Of a stretch of 64,000 bases of DNA, positions 50,371 to 62,614 are shown in pieces. Position numbers and translations under genes: made by a program. This DNA is from Hydrolagus affinis. Its lineage: Eukaryota. Where the stretch lies: positions 1 to 64,000 of the forward strand of contig JAAILG010000808.1 in the NCBI GenBank assembly GCA_012026655.1, in the 5' to 3' direction. The notes below the pieces were generated by a model that saw only the letters and a program-made list of their open reading frames with translations, did not search any database and had not been told where the DNA came from. Position 1 is the first letter of the stretch. The number at the start of each line of letters is the position of its first letter.

Positions 50371-52477
50371 TCCCACAGAATATCTCATTTAAATGTAAAT
50401 GTCTTCTCTATCCTGAACAGGAAATAGCAGATCCATCCTCACAGCACACACATTGCACAAATCTTTTATATCTGAATAAAATTAGAGACAAACAGCATTG
50501 TCTCGCTGCTATTCACATCTCCGTTCTCGAGGGCCAGCTGAGATCAGGAAATGGCAATAAAAACACTCCCTTTTCTGTGGTTTGGGATGTAGATAGTGTC
50601 CAGTCATAACTTAGTCCACTGTGCATTCGTGGGATTTATCATATTTTTCTGGGAGTGACTGAAGCTCACTTGCTGATGATAGTGGAGCACAAGGAGAGGG
50701 GGAATGTGAAACAGGCCTGTGTTTGCTCAGCAGAGATAACAGCCAGGCTACTAGAGTTGCAGGAGGTTGTAGAGATAGGGGTGGGGATGAAAATGTTGAA
50801 TTCAAAGTTAGTACTAGTACATATTCAAAAACAGGCTTTGTAGATAGTACATACAGTTGTAAATTCTGTGAAACAGCTGTACACAATACATATACAGTAT
50901 AGAGGAAAAAAAACTTGGCGGAAATCCAACTTTCACAACCTTGGACAGATGCAACAACATTTAAACACCATCGCTTGACTTGCACCAATTAAACTCAATC
51001 TACCTCACCGATGAATTATACTTAACCTGCCCAGGCATGGAGCAGCACTCCATGTTTCAGATGTAACCGGCACTCAGTGTGAGCAACTCCAATTTCTTTG
51101 GTCATACATATTCTTCACTCCTGTGCCCACACCTATTCACCTAACCAAGGGAGAGTTTGATTTAGCTGGTAAGGAAGTTGACTCTCACCTGTAAAACCTT
51201 TCAATCACAAGCAATGGTCTGATCTCCTCCTACCCACTTCTTGGTTTGCCCTCTCTGCTCAGCTAACAAAGGCTTGCTGTCCTGTCAGTCTCGCGCCATC
51301 ATCGGTAACCAAGCTTTCTGACTCTACGCCCCTTACTCCCAGAACTCCAAATATCAACCCTTCTATGTCCCCTTCACTCTGCATCCACAGTCAAGTCTCA
51401 CCTTTGATCACCTCCACCTTCCTCTGCTCGGTGACTGCCCCACCACTTCCAAGATATTACTCTTCGCAAAGGGTACAATATAAATATAACAACAAATTAC
51501 ATTTGCATAGCTCCTTTCACATCGGGTGGATGTCCCACGGTACTGAAACAAATACAAATTGTTATTGACCATAATCCATTCAAATTGTCTGCACTAGATC
51601 CAGCACAATACAAAAATAGACTCAGACTTTTCTATTTGTAGATTGTAAACAGAATCAATACATAAGCATCTACTTAGGAGAAATTGGTACATGAGTTTTG
51701 GTCTGGGAATGCGGTCATAGATTTACACCAAAAATTTAATAAATTTGGCAGCAAGTAGGTAGCATAAAGCCTGTGATGTTGTTGTTTGCTATTTTTACTA
51801 GTTGCAAATAACATTAAAACAAAAAACACCCAACAGAAGCAAATTAAAATCATGTTTAAGATCACTGAAATAGCTACACTATTTGATTAAGTTTTAATCA
51901 GGAGTCATCTTTTAAAGAGAAATGCAAAGGAAATAATCCAAATACACATTACTCAATCCCTTGCCACCTCAAGTACAGAGTAAAAGTTCATCAGTCTTTG
52001 AAATGCACAATCATTTGCTTTGATCCCCAGAAGTAATCCCTTGGTCAATGCAAGAAGTGGCCATTTTGTGACTAATTAGCCCACGATTTCATTAATAATG
52101 GTATAGTGGAGTTAAGGCAAACTGGGATTGCACTCCAAAAACACATTTTACAAGATTTTATTTTGCCTTTTCCCTCCCCAGGCACTCACACTGACAGAAA
52201 CATTCACACACAAACATGTTAAATAACTGGAAATTTAATAAAATCTTCCACAATTTAGATTTTTTAAAATATAATTTATCATTTCAGCCGAGGAAGGAAA
52301 AATAATGTTTATTCTCATCAATCAAGATATTTTCGAACTTTGGAACTCATTATTTCCTTTGGATCCGGATTTCTATCTTCTCTTTAGATCCATTTATGCT
52401 ATATTAATATTTCATGAAATGAAAATGCAAGTTAACAATTACAGCTGGTTAAAGTAATAGGAATGGCCTTAAGCGGC

Positions 52478-52770
52478 AATAATAATAAGAGCCTTTCATT
52501 TACGGCGGACGTCCCAAGGAGCTGGACGGTTAGGGATCCACACCCGAGCTGGTGGTTGGAATCAGGAGGGGTGGAGAGGGTAAGCGAAGGAGGATGACCG
52601 AAGGCGCAATCAAAGAGGAAGCTCTTGAGACGGGTCTTACAGGAAACAAGGGAGGGGGCAAGGTGGAGGGACTGTGGGATGGTGTTCCAGAGGGTGGGGT
52701 AAAGAGGCTGAAAGCCTGCCCGCCAATGGTGGGGCAGGCATGGCTTATGGTGGGGTGAAGCAGCTGGAGC
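52478..52770 (-). mobile_element. L2 LINE 3' end
   Basis: Antisense peptides TIGGQAFS and PTLWNTIPQSLHLAPSLVSCKTRLKSFLFDCAF, the typical L2 ORF2 C-terminus, followed by the tail. Confidence 0.9.
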
Positions 52771-52804
52771 AATAAACAAGGTAAACAGGAAAGGATGTTC
52801 AGGT

Positions 52805-53290
52805 AAATTACCAAATCAGTTGTATTCAGATCTCCAGAATTCCTACTCAGGCTGTATAGTGCTCTGATTAGGCTACACCTGGAGTCCTCGGTTTAGTGTT
52901 GCCACTATGAAACCAGTTGACTGCCGAGACCTTGCTGGCAGTGCAGAAGAGAACAAGGATGATCCGTAATGTTAAAGTAATAAGCTAAGAACAGAGATAC
53001 GACAGGCTAGGGCTCTCCAGGCTTCAAAGCACATGTCTCAGAGGGCCCTTTATACAGATATAAGATTTTAAATGGGATTGAGAAAGTAAATCCAGAAAAA
53101 TACTTTCGGATGCACCATGACAACAGAACAATAGGACAAAGGTTTAGGGTTGCAAAGAGCATTTTCAAAAAAGACACCAGGAAAAATGTCTTTATTCAGG
53201 GTAATTAAATCTAGAACAAATTACCAGGAAGGGTATTTGAATTTAGAAGGTTGAAATCAGTTTTTTTTAAAATTATGTCTACACATAGCA
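52805..53290 (+). mobile_element. Degraded CR1 LINE ORF2 C-terminal fragment
   Basis: LLRLYSALIRLHLE..LAVQKR..IYKILNGIEKVNPEKYF. Confidence 0.8.
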
Positions 53291-53865
53291 ATCACACAGT
53301 CACTATACTTCACAATAAATCCTGTGACATCCTCCCGATGTGAAAGACGATTAAATGCAAATATCAACATTTTAACAGAAGGTGAATATTCTGCAAGAAT
53401 GTGATTAAATCTACCATACAGCCTTCTCCAACTGAACCTCTCTCTTGATAAATGAACTTGTGATAATGAGTAGGACAAGGACATACTACATTGCAAGCAA
53501 GAACTCCTCATATTGTTGGTATAGTTGTACTCGTGATTTGATCCAAATACAGAGGAAGAGAATTTATAGAGTCTCTTAGTAACTGCATACTCATTAGCGA
53601 TCATGTCCCTTCCTGTCCTTTACAATGCAGGCTAAAACCTTTGTTATTTAATCTTTTGGGTCACACATTATATAGTTACCTTTTCATGGCCTCTTATTGT
53701 AATCAAACACTCTCAGTGCAAAGTACACAGTTTAGTTCAATTAGTCCTCTTGGCTCAGATAGTGCAATTAATACAGATTACTAGAAGCCACAAATAGTCA
53801 CAACGTCAGGAGCATTATTTTATCGCTTGGAGTACCAATTACCGTCTATAAAAGTTGTCTGTTTG

Positions 53866-54024
53866 AATTAAACTTTTCTATTGAACACAAAGTGGTGTAA
53901 TTGAGATTCAAACACAAATTCTAAATGGTTGCTATATAGAAGCACTAAGAAAAAATTAACTTTTCTATTAAACATAAAATGTTGCAATTGAGATTCATAT
54001 GCAAATCATACATGGCTGCTATAT
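53866..54024. repeat. Diverged tandem duplication, two ~70-bp units about 88 bp apart
   Basis: aacttttctatt(g/a)aaca..aattgagattca..atgg(t/c)tgctatat occurs twice. Confidence 0.85.
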
Positions 54025-55988
54025 TATAAACATATGCAGAAATCAAAACTGATGTCCTATTGCAACCTCAGAAACATCCTCCTACCCTTATCCTCTCCAC
54101 GCCATTGCATCCACAGAAACAAATACAACAGCCCAATAATTGCAACACTGGGGCAGATTCAAAAGAAAACATCACCTCAAGAGGATTATAAAGGGGAGCA
54201 GAATTAGCTGATAAACTGGAGAGTATTGGTTACCTATATGTTAAGTTAATTAATTGCAATTGATATAGTACCTTATCATGTCTTTGAGACATTCCAAAGA
54301 TGCAGTGATTTCTCCAAATCCTATTGCTTTTTTAAAAAAAACTGACAGACTTTTCAAGTTGTATGTCTTCTAACATTTGTTTTGAGTAACTATGGAGGGA
54401 TGAACTGAGAACCAGTGGCAGGTGGAATGTTTCTTTACTGGTAGCTAGGACACCATCTTGTTAGCGAAGTGAAGGCCAGTAAATGTGCGAGACAAATTGC
54501 AAACAAACTACAACAGCACAAATATTCCCATGGGTCAAATGTCCGCAATACTTAAATATCACATTTGATGAGACTGGCGAACAGGCCTGAAATTACTGGC
54601 TTTAGAATTAAACATTAAGTCTTTTGGTAATAAAGAAACTTCAAAGCCATATTCCTCAGGCATTTGATGATTCTTACAATACCCATAATAGATATAAAGT
54701 ACTAATATTAAATTATCGACCACTATGCTGTTCTGAATTGAATGCAACACATCACCTTTACCCTTGAGTTGAGAGTTAAAATCCAGTTCTATATCTGCAA
54801 CCAAAAGTCTCCTACAACTTTTTATAATATTATAGTAATATAGTAGCAATAATGAAGGTGATAATAATAATAATATTTGCCTTTTTAAGTCATTGAGATG
54901 TCTCAAAGAGATTCACTGTGAAGCTCCGAGTTATCCAACAAAATTGCAAATGTTCTGATTCAAATGAGTTTAGGTAATTTTAATCCAATTTCATTACACC
55001 AACTCCACAGTAAAAGAAAGGCTTGATCTTCAGCAATTAGTTAAAACTAAATATGCAGGTTCATTCAAAGAGGCCACTAAAATATACGGTGAGGCAAATA
55101 GAATTGTCACTGTTATAATTGAGAGGGAATGGAAAGGTTGAGAAGTATGGCCATGGCATTGTTGAGAAATCTAACCTGCGTTTAGCCCTTATTATACCTG
55201 ACCCAAATGTGCATTAATAAAAGTTTGGTGCACTCATTAATTTAAAATGCATCAGCAGTACTTTAACCAGCGCTCATACAATTAAACTTGAGGTCTCATG
55301 GTCTTCAATGCAAACATAAATCTTTGCTGGTTAAACGTTTAAAAGAATACACCAGTAAATTCAGTTCTATTCCCTTGTTTGCTTACTAACAGTACAAAAA
55401 GACACCAAATTGAACTGGCTATTGGAGGGTTTAAAGTTTTTAATGCTCCACTGGGATCTGAAGTATATGAGTGGACATTACCATAGGCTATTTATTGTTC
55501 TGTAGTTGAGCACCATACATCCCAAACTGAAGTATGATGATGTTGCAATGGTAAATACCAAGTCCGGCACTCCCGGTGCTCACTGCTTGAACCTGTTCCA
55601 AGTAAGATTGACAGTAAGATTTCAAATTAATGAAATGCGCAGTACATCATTTCATTGTGCTTGGAAAAAAAATCCCAGAAATCATTCTGTTGTAATGATT
55701 ATTAATATTAAATAGCAAACTATGCAATTGTTAATCTTAATATTTGAGCAGTTCATGCTCTATTTTACATGCTATTTCTTATTCCTATACTTATTTACTT
55801 TCATTCAGGATGACACTTTTTTTCTCTTTTTGTTTTGCTTACGTTTTCTTCCTTTGTTCTCCCTCATTTATTTACATCCTTTATTTTTCTGACCTTTTTC
55901 TTTGTCTCTTTCATTCCATCTTGTCCTTTAGCTCATTTCTATTGTTATTATTTGTTCAGTACATGAAATTGCACTTGTATTAGCACCG

Positions 55989-56306
55989 TAGAGCTTCTGC
56001 AGCTCAGTGGTTAAAGCATTCGCCTTACAAGCGTGAGACCTATGTTCGAATCCAGGCAAATCAGGGCGAAACTTTGGGCAAGTTTCCTTACTCCACATGC
56101 CTAATAATAATCCTTCCAAAAAAACCTACAATAATATAATTCAATCCACGACTGTTTGTGGGACACTGTTGTGCGCAATTGGCTGCCGCATTTCACCCAC
56201 AAATATACATGTACAATCAATTCACTTTATAGTTTATTCCGTGAAGTGCTTTGAGACGTTGATAAGATGTGAAAAGCGTTATATCAAATGCAAGGATTAT
56301 TATTAT
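55989..56306 (+). mobile_element. Young tRNA-derived SINE, full length (copy E)
   Basis: cagctcagtgg..ccttacaagcgtgagacc..gttcgaatcc..tail caaatgcaaggattattatt. Confidence 0.95.
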
Positions 56307-58519
56307 AGGTAGGAAGAATCCGTTAAAGCACTTTAAAAATCCATAATATGCTTTATTGTTTTCAAGCTACCTTTGAAACTTTGTTCAGAGTCCCCAATAT
56401 TGGTGATTTTGCTTGCTTCGCTATTAATTTGTGGCCTCTTCATTCATTTAAATTGGCTCCTAATATGCAACCCCCACCCTCAGCCCCCGAAAACCCTTCC
56501 CTCACTAATCATCCGTTATTCATATCTTCAGTAGGAAATAAGGTAGGATAGCTAGAGGGCAAGACAGTGAAGGTTTAGGTTAAAAAAAACAAAAGGATGG
56601 AAACTTGGAATTGGGACAAGTGCAAAGATCACTGGAACAAAGGGATGGAGAGACTTGATGGTGAAAGTTAGCTAAGAGGAGAAGACTGAAACGGGACTGG
56701 AATTAACACGCTTCCATAGAAATGCTTCAAATATACCTCAGCAAAGCAGAGCTACAGTGTGTAACGCTCTCTGATTGTGACTGGGAACCAGAAATATCTA
56801 CAAACATAGCATCAACACATAAAGCAAAACACTGCTTCAAGGAATGCTCTAAAAACATCAGTAGTTGCGTAACTTTGAGTAGAGTAACTCCAAGAAATTC
56901 ACTTTTACCTCCAGAAATCTAACTTGATGGGGGGTGGGGGAGGGGAGGAAACAGACATCCAATTTTCACGCTTGTCTTTTTCTACTTATTAGATCCCAAG
57001 GTAAACCTAACAGTGGTTGTCAGCAGGGATAAACTCAAACAGTGCAAGTCATGCACGACTTTCTATGATCAGTAAATTTACCCAGCCAACCAAGCAGGAT
57101 CTTCAGGAGGTTGTTTTGCCTTGCGAGGGAGAAACTGCATGGGACCAATTCAAGAGTTATCCAAGCCAGACGGCTTGTATTGGTTTCACATTGTTAGATT
57201 TGGCCCTGTTGGACAGGTATATCTCGAGTTGCAGCTAATTGTGACAGACGTGTAACAACCTTCCCAGAAATGTCACTTTCATTTTAAATTTAAACTCTCA
57301 CATCCAATAAGAGAACATGTGGACCATGGGATTCGCTACGGTAAGTTGGAATAAATAGATCTCATCATTGCACAAACAAGATAATGTATTTGAGTTGCCC
57401 TAACTAATAGGAGCTTGGCCCAAACAATCCTTCTCTATGAAATATAGATGTTGACAGAATTAGGTTAAACATGAGAGTATTCCCATCAGAATTCTCTGCA
57501 AGCCTAACAATGATACAAATATCCGTTAACCTTCTGTTGAAAAGATACTCCAGACACATTTCAATACTGTGGTTTAAACTCTGAGGTCTGGAATCTCCAA
57601 ACCCCAATCTCTGAATTTTCAGGCTGGGATACTCTAAATGAAACACATATCCTGTGGAAAAGTGGTTTGGGGACAAAGGTTTATCAACTGTAACACCTCC
57701 TCATTATAGCATCCTGTTTCCATGGGTTATTTACCTTCCATTTTTCAGCAACAATTATACATTTAAGTGCATTTTATCACTCAATGTTGATGCCACCAAT
57801 GTCACAGTTTAGGATTATTTTAGAAGTTGCTTTAATCTCTTTGATCTCAAGTCCCAATCAGTCCAACACCTTTACTCATTGTATCACTCACCTGTTATTT
57901 TCTGAACTGGACAAACCCATACAGTCAATTGTGGTGATGGCATGTTGCTTGGTTTGACTTTGCATTCCATATAATCGTAATTTATGTAATCTCTCCACAT
58001 GGATAACGGTATGGAAGCAATGAAATGATGCAGGCACAAACAGATTACAAAGTGGCCGATAGTTACACATGACGTTCACAACATTCACAACGTGGCAAAA
58101 TTGCCTGAAGTTTCATTTGTATGCAAATACTATTATAATCATTCCAGTTGACATATTTTCCAACAAATTGACCCTCGCTGTTCAAGAAATAAAACTTCTG
58201 GAGTTCTTTGCATGGTTGTTTAAACTGATCTATAACTGTGCGCACAGTGGGAGTTTGCTCTAGCTGCACATTACAATATTTTATTATTTTAAAGCAAAGC
58301 ACATTTGATTAGGTAGCTGACAAGCAATACATTAAGCAAATCCTAGCCGTAACCGTATACGTTATTTAAGTGAGACGGCATATCAGCGCATTCTCATCTT
58401 TTATGAATAGGCCATTAGTACATTTGGAGGCATTTGTTATGTGATTATCGGTCATTAATGTTGATTAATGGGGCAGAGTACAGGACAAAAGAGTGCAGTG
58501 GCACCATAGATCACTAGGG

Positions 58520-58619
58520 NNNNNNNNNNNNNNNNNNNNNNNNNNNNNNNNNNNNNNNNNNNNNNNNNNNNNNNNNNNNNNNNNNNNNNNNNNNNNNNNN
58601 NNNNNNNNNNNNNNNNNNN
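58520..58619. other. Assembly gap (100 N)
   Basis: Run of 100 n; true size unknown. Confidence 1.
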
Positions 58620-59559
58620 CTAACAAGTCAAAACATCATAACACTGGAACATTCTGAATGGAAAATGACTAAGAAATATGGTTCTGCCTTCTTACTTGTT
58701 ATTCGCACAAGACTTTCACAGATCAGGCTCAAGCGACTTATTTACTTTTCAGTAAACTGGAGGAAAGAGATGAGGAGGAGACACAGACCAACAAATTGCG
58801 TCCCTGAAAACTGTCCACAAATTAGAGGTGCTTACTTGAGCAATTATATCTTTATCTAAACCAAGAAAACTGAATTTCTGTCTCAGGGTTCTATTGAATT
58901 CGGGGAGTCTAACTCACTGCCTAAAGTCGTTCTTGGCTTCTTATAGACTTTCAATAATAGCTTCCCAGGGATCAGAACTCAAGTTTTTATTAAAAACCCT
59001 CAGAAGCTCAGGAAGACTTCAGGCAGTGAGTCATAAACAGACTGGAAAAATTTCCATATGGAACGGAACAAAGGAAGAAAAACAATCTATCATCTGAAAT
59101 TCTCAGTACACCAAGAAACTCTCTTTCTACATATATAATTGCTAACTCAGAACTGAAAGGATTTACAAACTGTCTCTACCCATCTGTGTAGGGCTTTGTA
59201 AGATTTCAATAACTTGCACATTAGGTAAACAGTTGGCTTGAGTAGTTATTGCAGCATTTATTGTGGGAAATAAACATTTTAGCATTGATTTTAGCAGCTC
59301 TCAGTCATTTCTAACCCAGCTACAATAACGATTAAATGTAAGATTCAACATGGGAGCATGAGCAGATGTGAATAATGGAGAACTGATAATAAGGTCATGG
59401 ATTTGGGGCACCGATCTGGGAAACAACAAAAAAGCTAAGGGAGAGCAAAAGGGCTACAAAACAGAAAAATTGAAAGTCAAAGAGAAACATCAAGGATGTA
59501 AAAAGAAAAAAAAAGTTTAGGGAAGAAAACAAAACAATGCAATGTTCTCTCTGTATGTG

Positions 59560-59820
59560 ATAATGAGCAATACACACCCTGAAGATCCTAGATTTATGCC
59601 GACCTACCTGATCTTTGCCAATGCAGCCCTAAGGGACATTGACCTCTACACCCACACAATCGACAATGAGAAAATAAAATTAGCTAGAGGTCCTGCACCT
59701 GATTGTTGGAAAATGCATATGTGGGAATATTGGGCGAGAACAGCATTAAGCTCCAATATCAAGCCCCCCAGTGGCAATACTAACTGTCTGGACTCACACA
59801 TGAGGAATTATTTGCAGCCT
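59560..59820 (+). mobile_element. Ancient SINE family 2
   Basis: aaaattagctagaggtcctgcacctgat..gggcgagaacag..actgtctggactcacacatgaggaat. Confidence 0.55.
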
Positions 59821-59987
59821 ATTGGCAGGTAACAAATGGAACAAGTTATGCGCTGGGAGAAATAATTGACACTGCTAAAGTGCGTTAAACAATGTGAATG
59901 GTTTGTGATGTAATAAGTCTAATTGTTTCGAGCCGTTTCACATGGTAATTGTTTGACAATTTCAGAGGACTATAATATTTGTGTATA

Positions 59988-60510
59988 AACAAAATGCAAA
60001 ATACTACAGATGCTGGAAATCTGAAACAAAAACAGAAATCGCTGGGAACACTCAGTAGGTAAGCCACACATCTACGGAAAAGGGAAATTCGGGTCCACGA
60101 ATCTTTCTGACAAATGTTGACTCACTTTCCTTTCTCCATAATAATAAGAAGAATCCTTGCATTTGATATAGCCCTTTCACGTCTTCTAGACATCTCAAAG
60201 TGCTTCACAGAATATACTGTAAAATGAATTGACTGTATATTTGCGGGCAAAACATGGCATCCAATTGCACACAGCAGTGTCTCACAAACAGTCGTGGATT
60301 GAAATGACCAATTTTTAAAAAAATTTTTAGAGGAATTATTATTAAGCATGTGGAGGAAACTTGCCCAAGGTTTCGTCCTGATCTGCCTAGATTCTAATAC
60401 ATGTCTCATGTTTGTAAGGCGAATGCTCTAACCACTGAGCTACAGGAATCCATAGATGCTGCGTGACCTGCTGAGTGTTCCCACAATTAGAGTGTTCTGT
60501 TTTTGTTTTT
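59988..60510. mobile_element. Inverted-repeat element (Penelope-type terminal repeat relic) split by SINE copy F
   Basis: Left arm aaacaaaaacagaa..gggaacactcagtaggt..catctacggaaaagggaaa is the reverse complement of the right arm (60126-60140 plus 60451-60510). Confidence 0.7.
60138..60452 (-). mobile_element. Young tRNA-derived SINE, full length (copy F)
   Basis: Reverse complement of copy A; TCCATA at both junctions. Confidence 0.95.
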
Positions 60511-61839
60511 TAATATTTGTGTTGTATTTTAAAGAGAAATTGCAGCAGGTAACCTGTATAGCCAAAGCGTTTAACATATACAATGGGTTGTTAAATGTGC
60601 ACCAACTCTATTGGTGATGATATTATTGCTAGTTAGCACATGATGCAAACCCCATGTGAAGGGCAGAATTTTAATGCCAGTTGTTGTTGCTGTGCAGATG
60701 CTTGTTGTCGGGATGGCTGCAGAACTGCCATCATCAGTACACAAAGCATCACAGCTATCCCCTTAGAGTTGGAACTTCCAATTCCAAAATTCCAATAGCG
60801 CTCTACGTTTATCATGAGGACACACTTTTCGCTCCTCAGAGCAAGCTTCGCTGAAATAGACAACCGTCTCCTGTAGTAGTGATACATCCCACCATTCAGT
60901 TCTATATTTTGGTGTTTACAAGAGGCTTTTTTAAAATATAAATATAGTAAGTGAATAATGAGCAGCTGGACACATGCACAATGCAGTCACTCCCCCCCAC
61001 CCACTCTTCAGTCAATGAATCTCTTTAATCTGTGGTGTTTCACTCTCTGATTTTTTTAAGAAAGAGAAAAATCAGAAATTGTTGGACACCTTCATGCAAA
61101 CTTTTCCCAACTTAAGCAACTAAAGCTCTTCAGTCACTCTCTTCTTTTTTGCCGGGAAAATGTGAATTTAGCATTTAGTATGGAGCAATTATAATAGATT
61201 TATTCAAATAGCCTATTACTATTTGAAATAAGATAACCCATAAGCGAATCCCTTAAATGCCTGGTTGTGTGTCCTGTATAGATACCCCGTGACCCCCATG
61301 CATTGTTAAGGAAAAATTATAGAGTATTAATCCATTCCAGCATCTCCACTCTTCATTCCTAGAGTGCTATCCCTCAACCGACAGCACAGAAAAGTATTGT
61401 GTCCTTTGGTGTATAATTTGAACGCAGAGCTGAGAAATTCTTATCAATCCAGGTGTCATTTAAACATGTGGAACAGTCTTTCAAATTAATTGCAACTACA
61501 TTTTTCATTGGCATTTGCTTGAACAGAGAACACCGCAGAAATTTGCTAACCTTATCTCCCATGTTCAATATTTAGTTTTGGCTAATGTCAAAAGACATTT
61601 CACAACAGAAGTCAGGTATGTTAAAGTTCCCTCCTTGCTTCCAAACAATCATTGTATCACTACCATTTGTTCTCAAACTCTTACATTTCTTGGCAATCTT
61701 GTCATGGAATTAAATGACAAATATTTTCTCTGCCAGTTTTTTTTAATATTATTGTCAGAGTCATTTGTGATTTTTCATTTAGTGCTTATGTCTGTGCCAA
61801 TGCTGTACTCTTTCTTCTAAAAAATACTGTTGTGCACGA

Positions 61840-62150
61840 CTCCCTAATGGCTCAGTGACTTTATTCTGTCAATCACTGAGCCATATATGTCAGGAAAGTG
61901 CCAAATTAGATCCTCAATCTGAATTGAGTTATCTAATCACAGTTTGGATTACTTTAGATACTCTCCAATTGACTTCTTCACTCTGGAAGAGGGGCAGGGG
62001 AATCTTATCATTATCCAACGTCCCGCTGGAAGTATGAATATTCTAACCTGAGGTGAAGACAGGATCAAGCATAACTGCAAAACCTTAGAAATGTTCATAC
62101 ATGATTATTTCAGCAAGTCACCAAAGATTGACAGTAACCTACATTTTGAG
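61840..62150 (+). mobile_element. Ancient SINE family 2 with tRNA-like head
   Basis: atggctcagtg..actgagccata..gagttatctaatc..ccaattgac..gctggaagt..ggtgaagacaggatc. Confidence 0.6.
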
Positions 62151-62297
62151 CAACCTTCACTCTGGATAGTCTGGTCCAAGCACCCAAATAAACTGTAATG
62201 GAGAATAGGTTTTAAAAAGAGAGGAGGGGAAGTTATGCAAGAACGAACACCCAGATTCAGGGTGAATGGGCTCTATTGATGATATAATATCCATTTT

Positions 62298-62614
62298 AAT
62301 AATAATAATCCTTGCATTTGTTTTGCGCTTTTCACAACTTCTAGATGTCTCAAAGCGCTTCACAGAATATTGTGCGTATTGAATAAAATGAATTGACTGT
62401 ACATTTGTGGGCGAAATGTGGTAGCTAATTGCGCACGACAGTGTCCCACAAACAGTCGTGGATTGAAATGACCTTTTTTTTAGTGTTTTATTTAGGGATT
62501 ATTATTGAGCATGTGGAGTAAGGAAATTTGCTCCAGGTTTTGTCCTGCCTAGAATCGAACCCAGACATCTCATTTTTAAGGCGAGTGCTCTAACCACTGA
62601 GCTACAGAACTCCA
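62298..62614 (-). mobile_element. Young tRNA-derived SINE, full length (copy G) with a 9-bp TSD
   Basis: Reverse complement of copy A; CATTTTAAT at 62292-62300 and 62615-62623. Confidence 0.95.

Noticed and set aside
56993-58807. Phase-compatible chain of 8-nt (56993), 29-nt (57312) and terminal (58753, KLEERDEEETQTNKLRP*) exons
   Set aside because: Over-fitted: tiny segments, one weak acceptor, and an assembly gap in between
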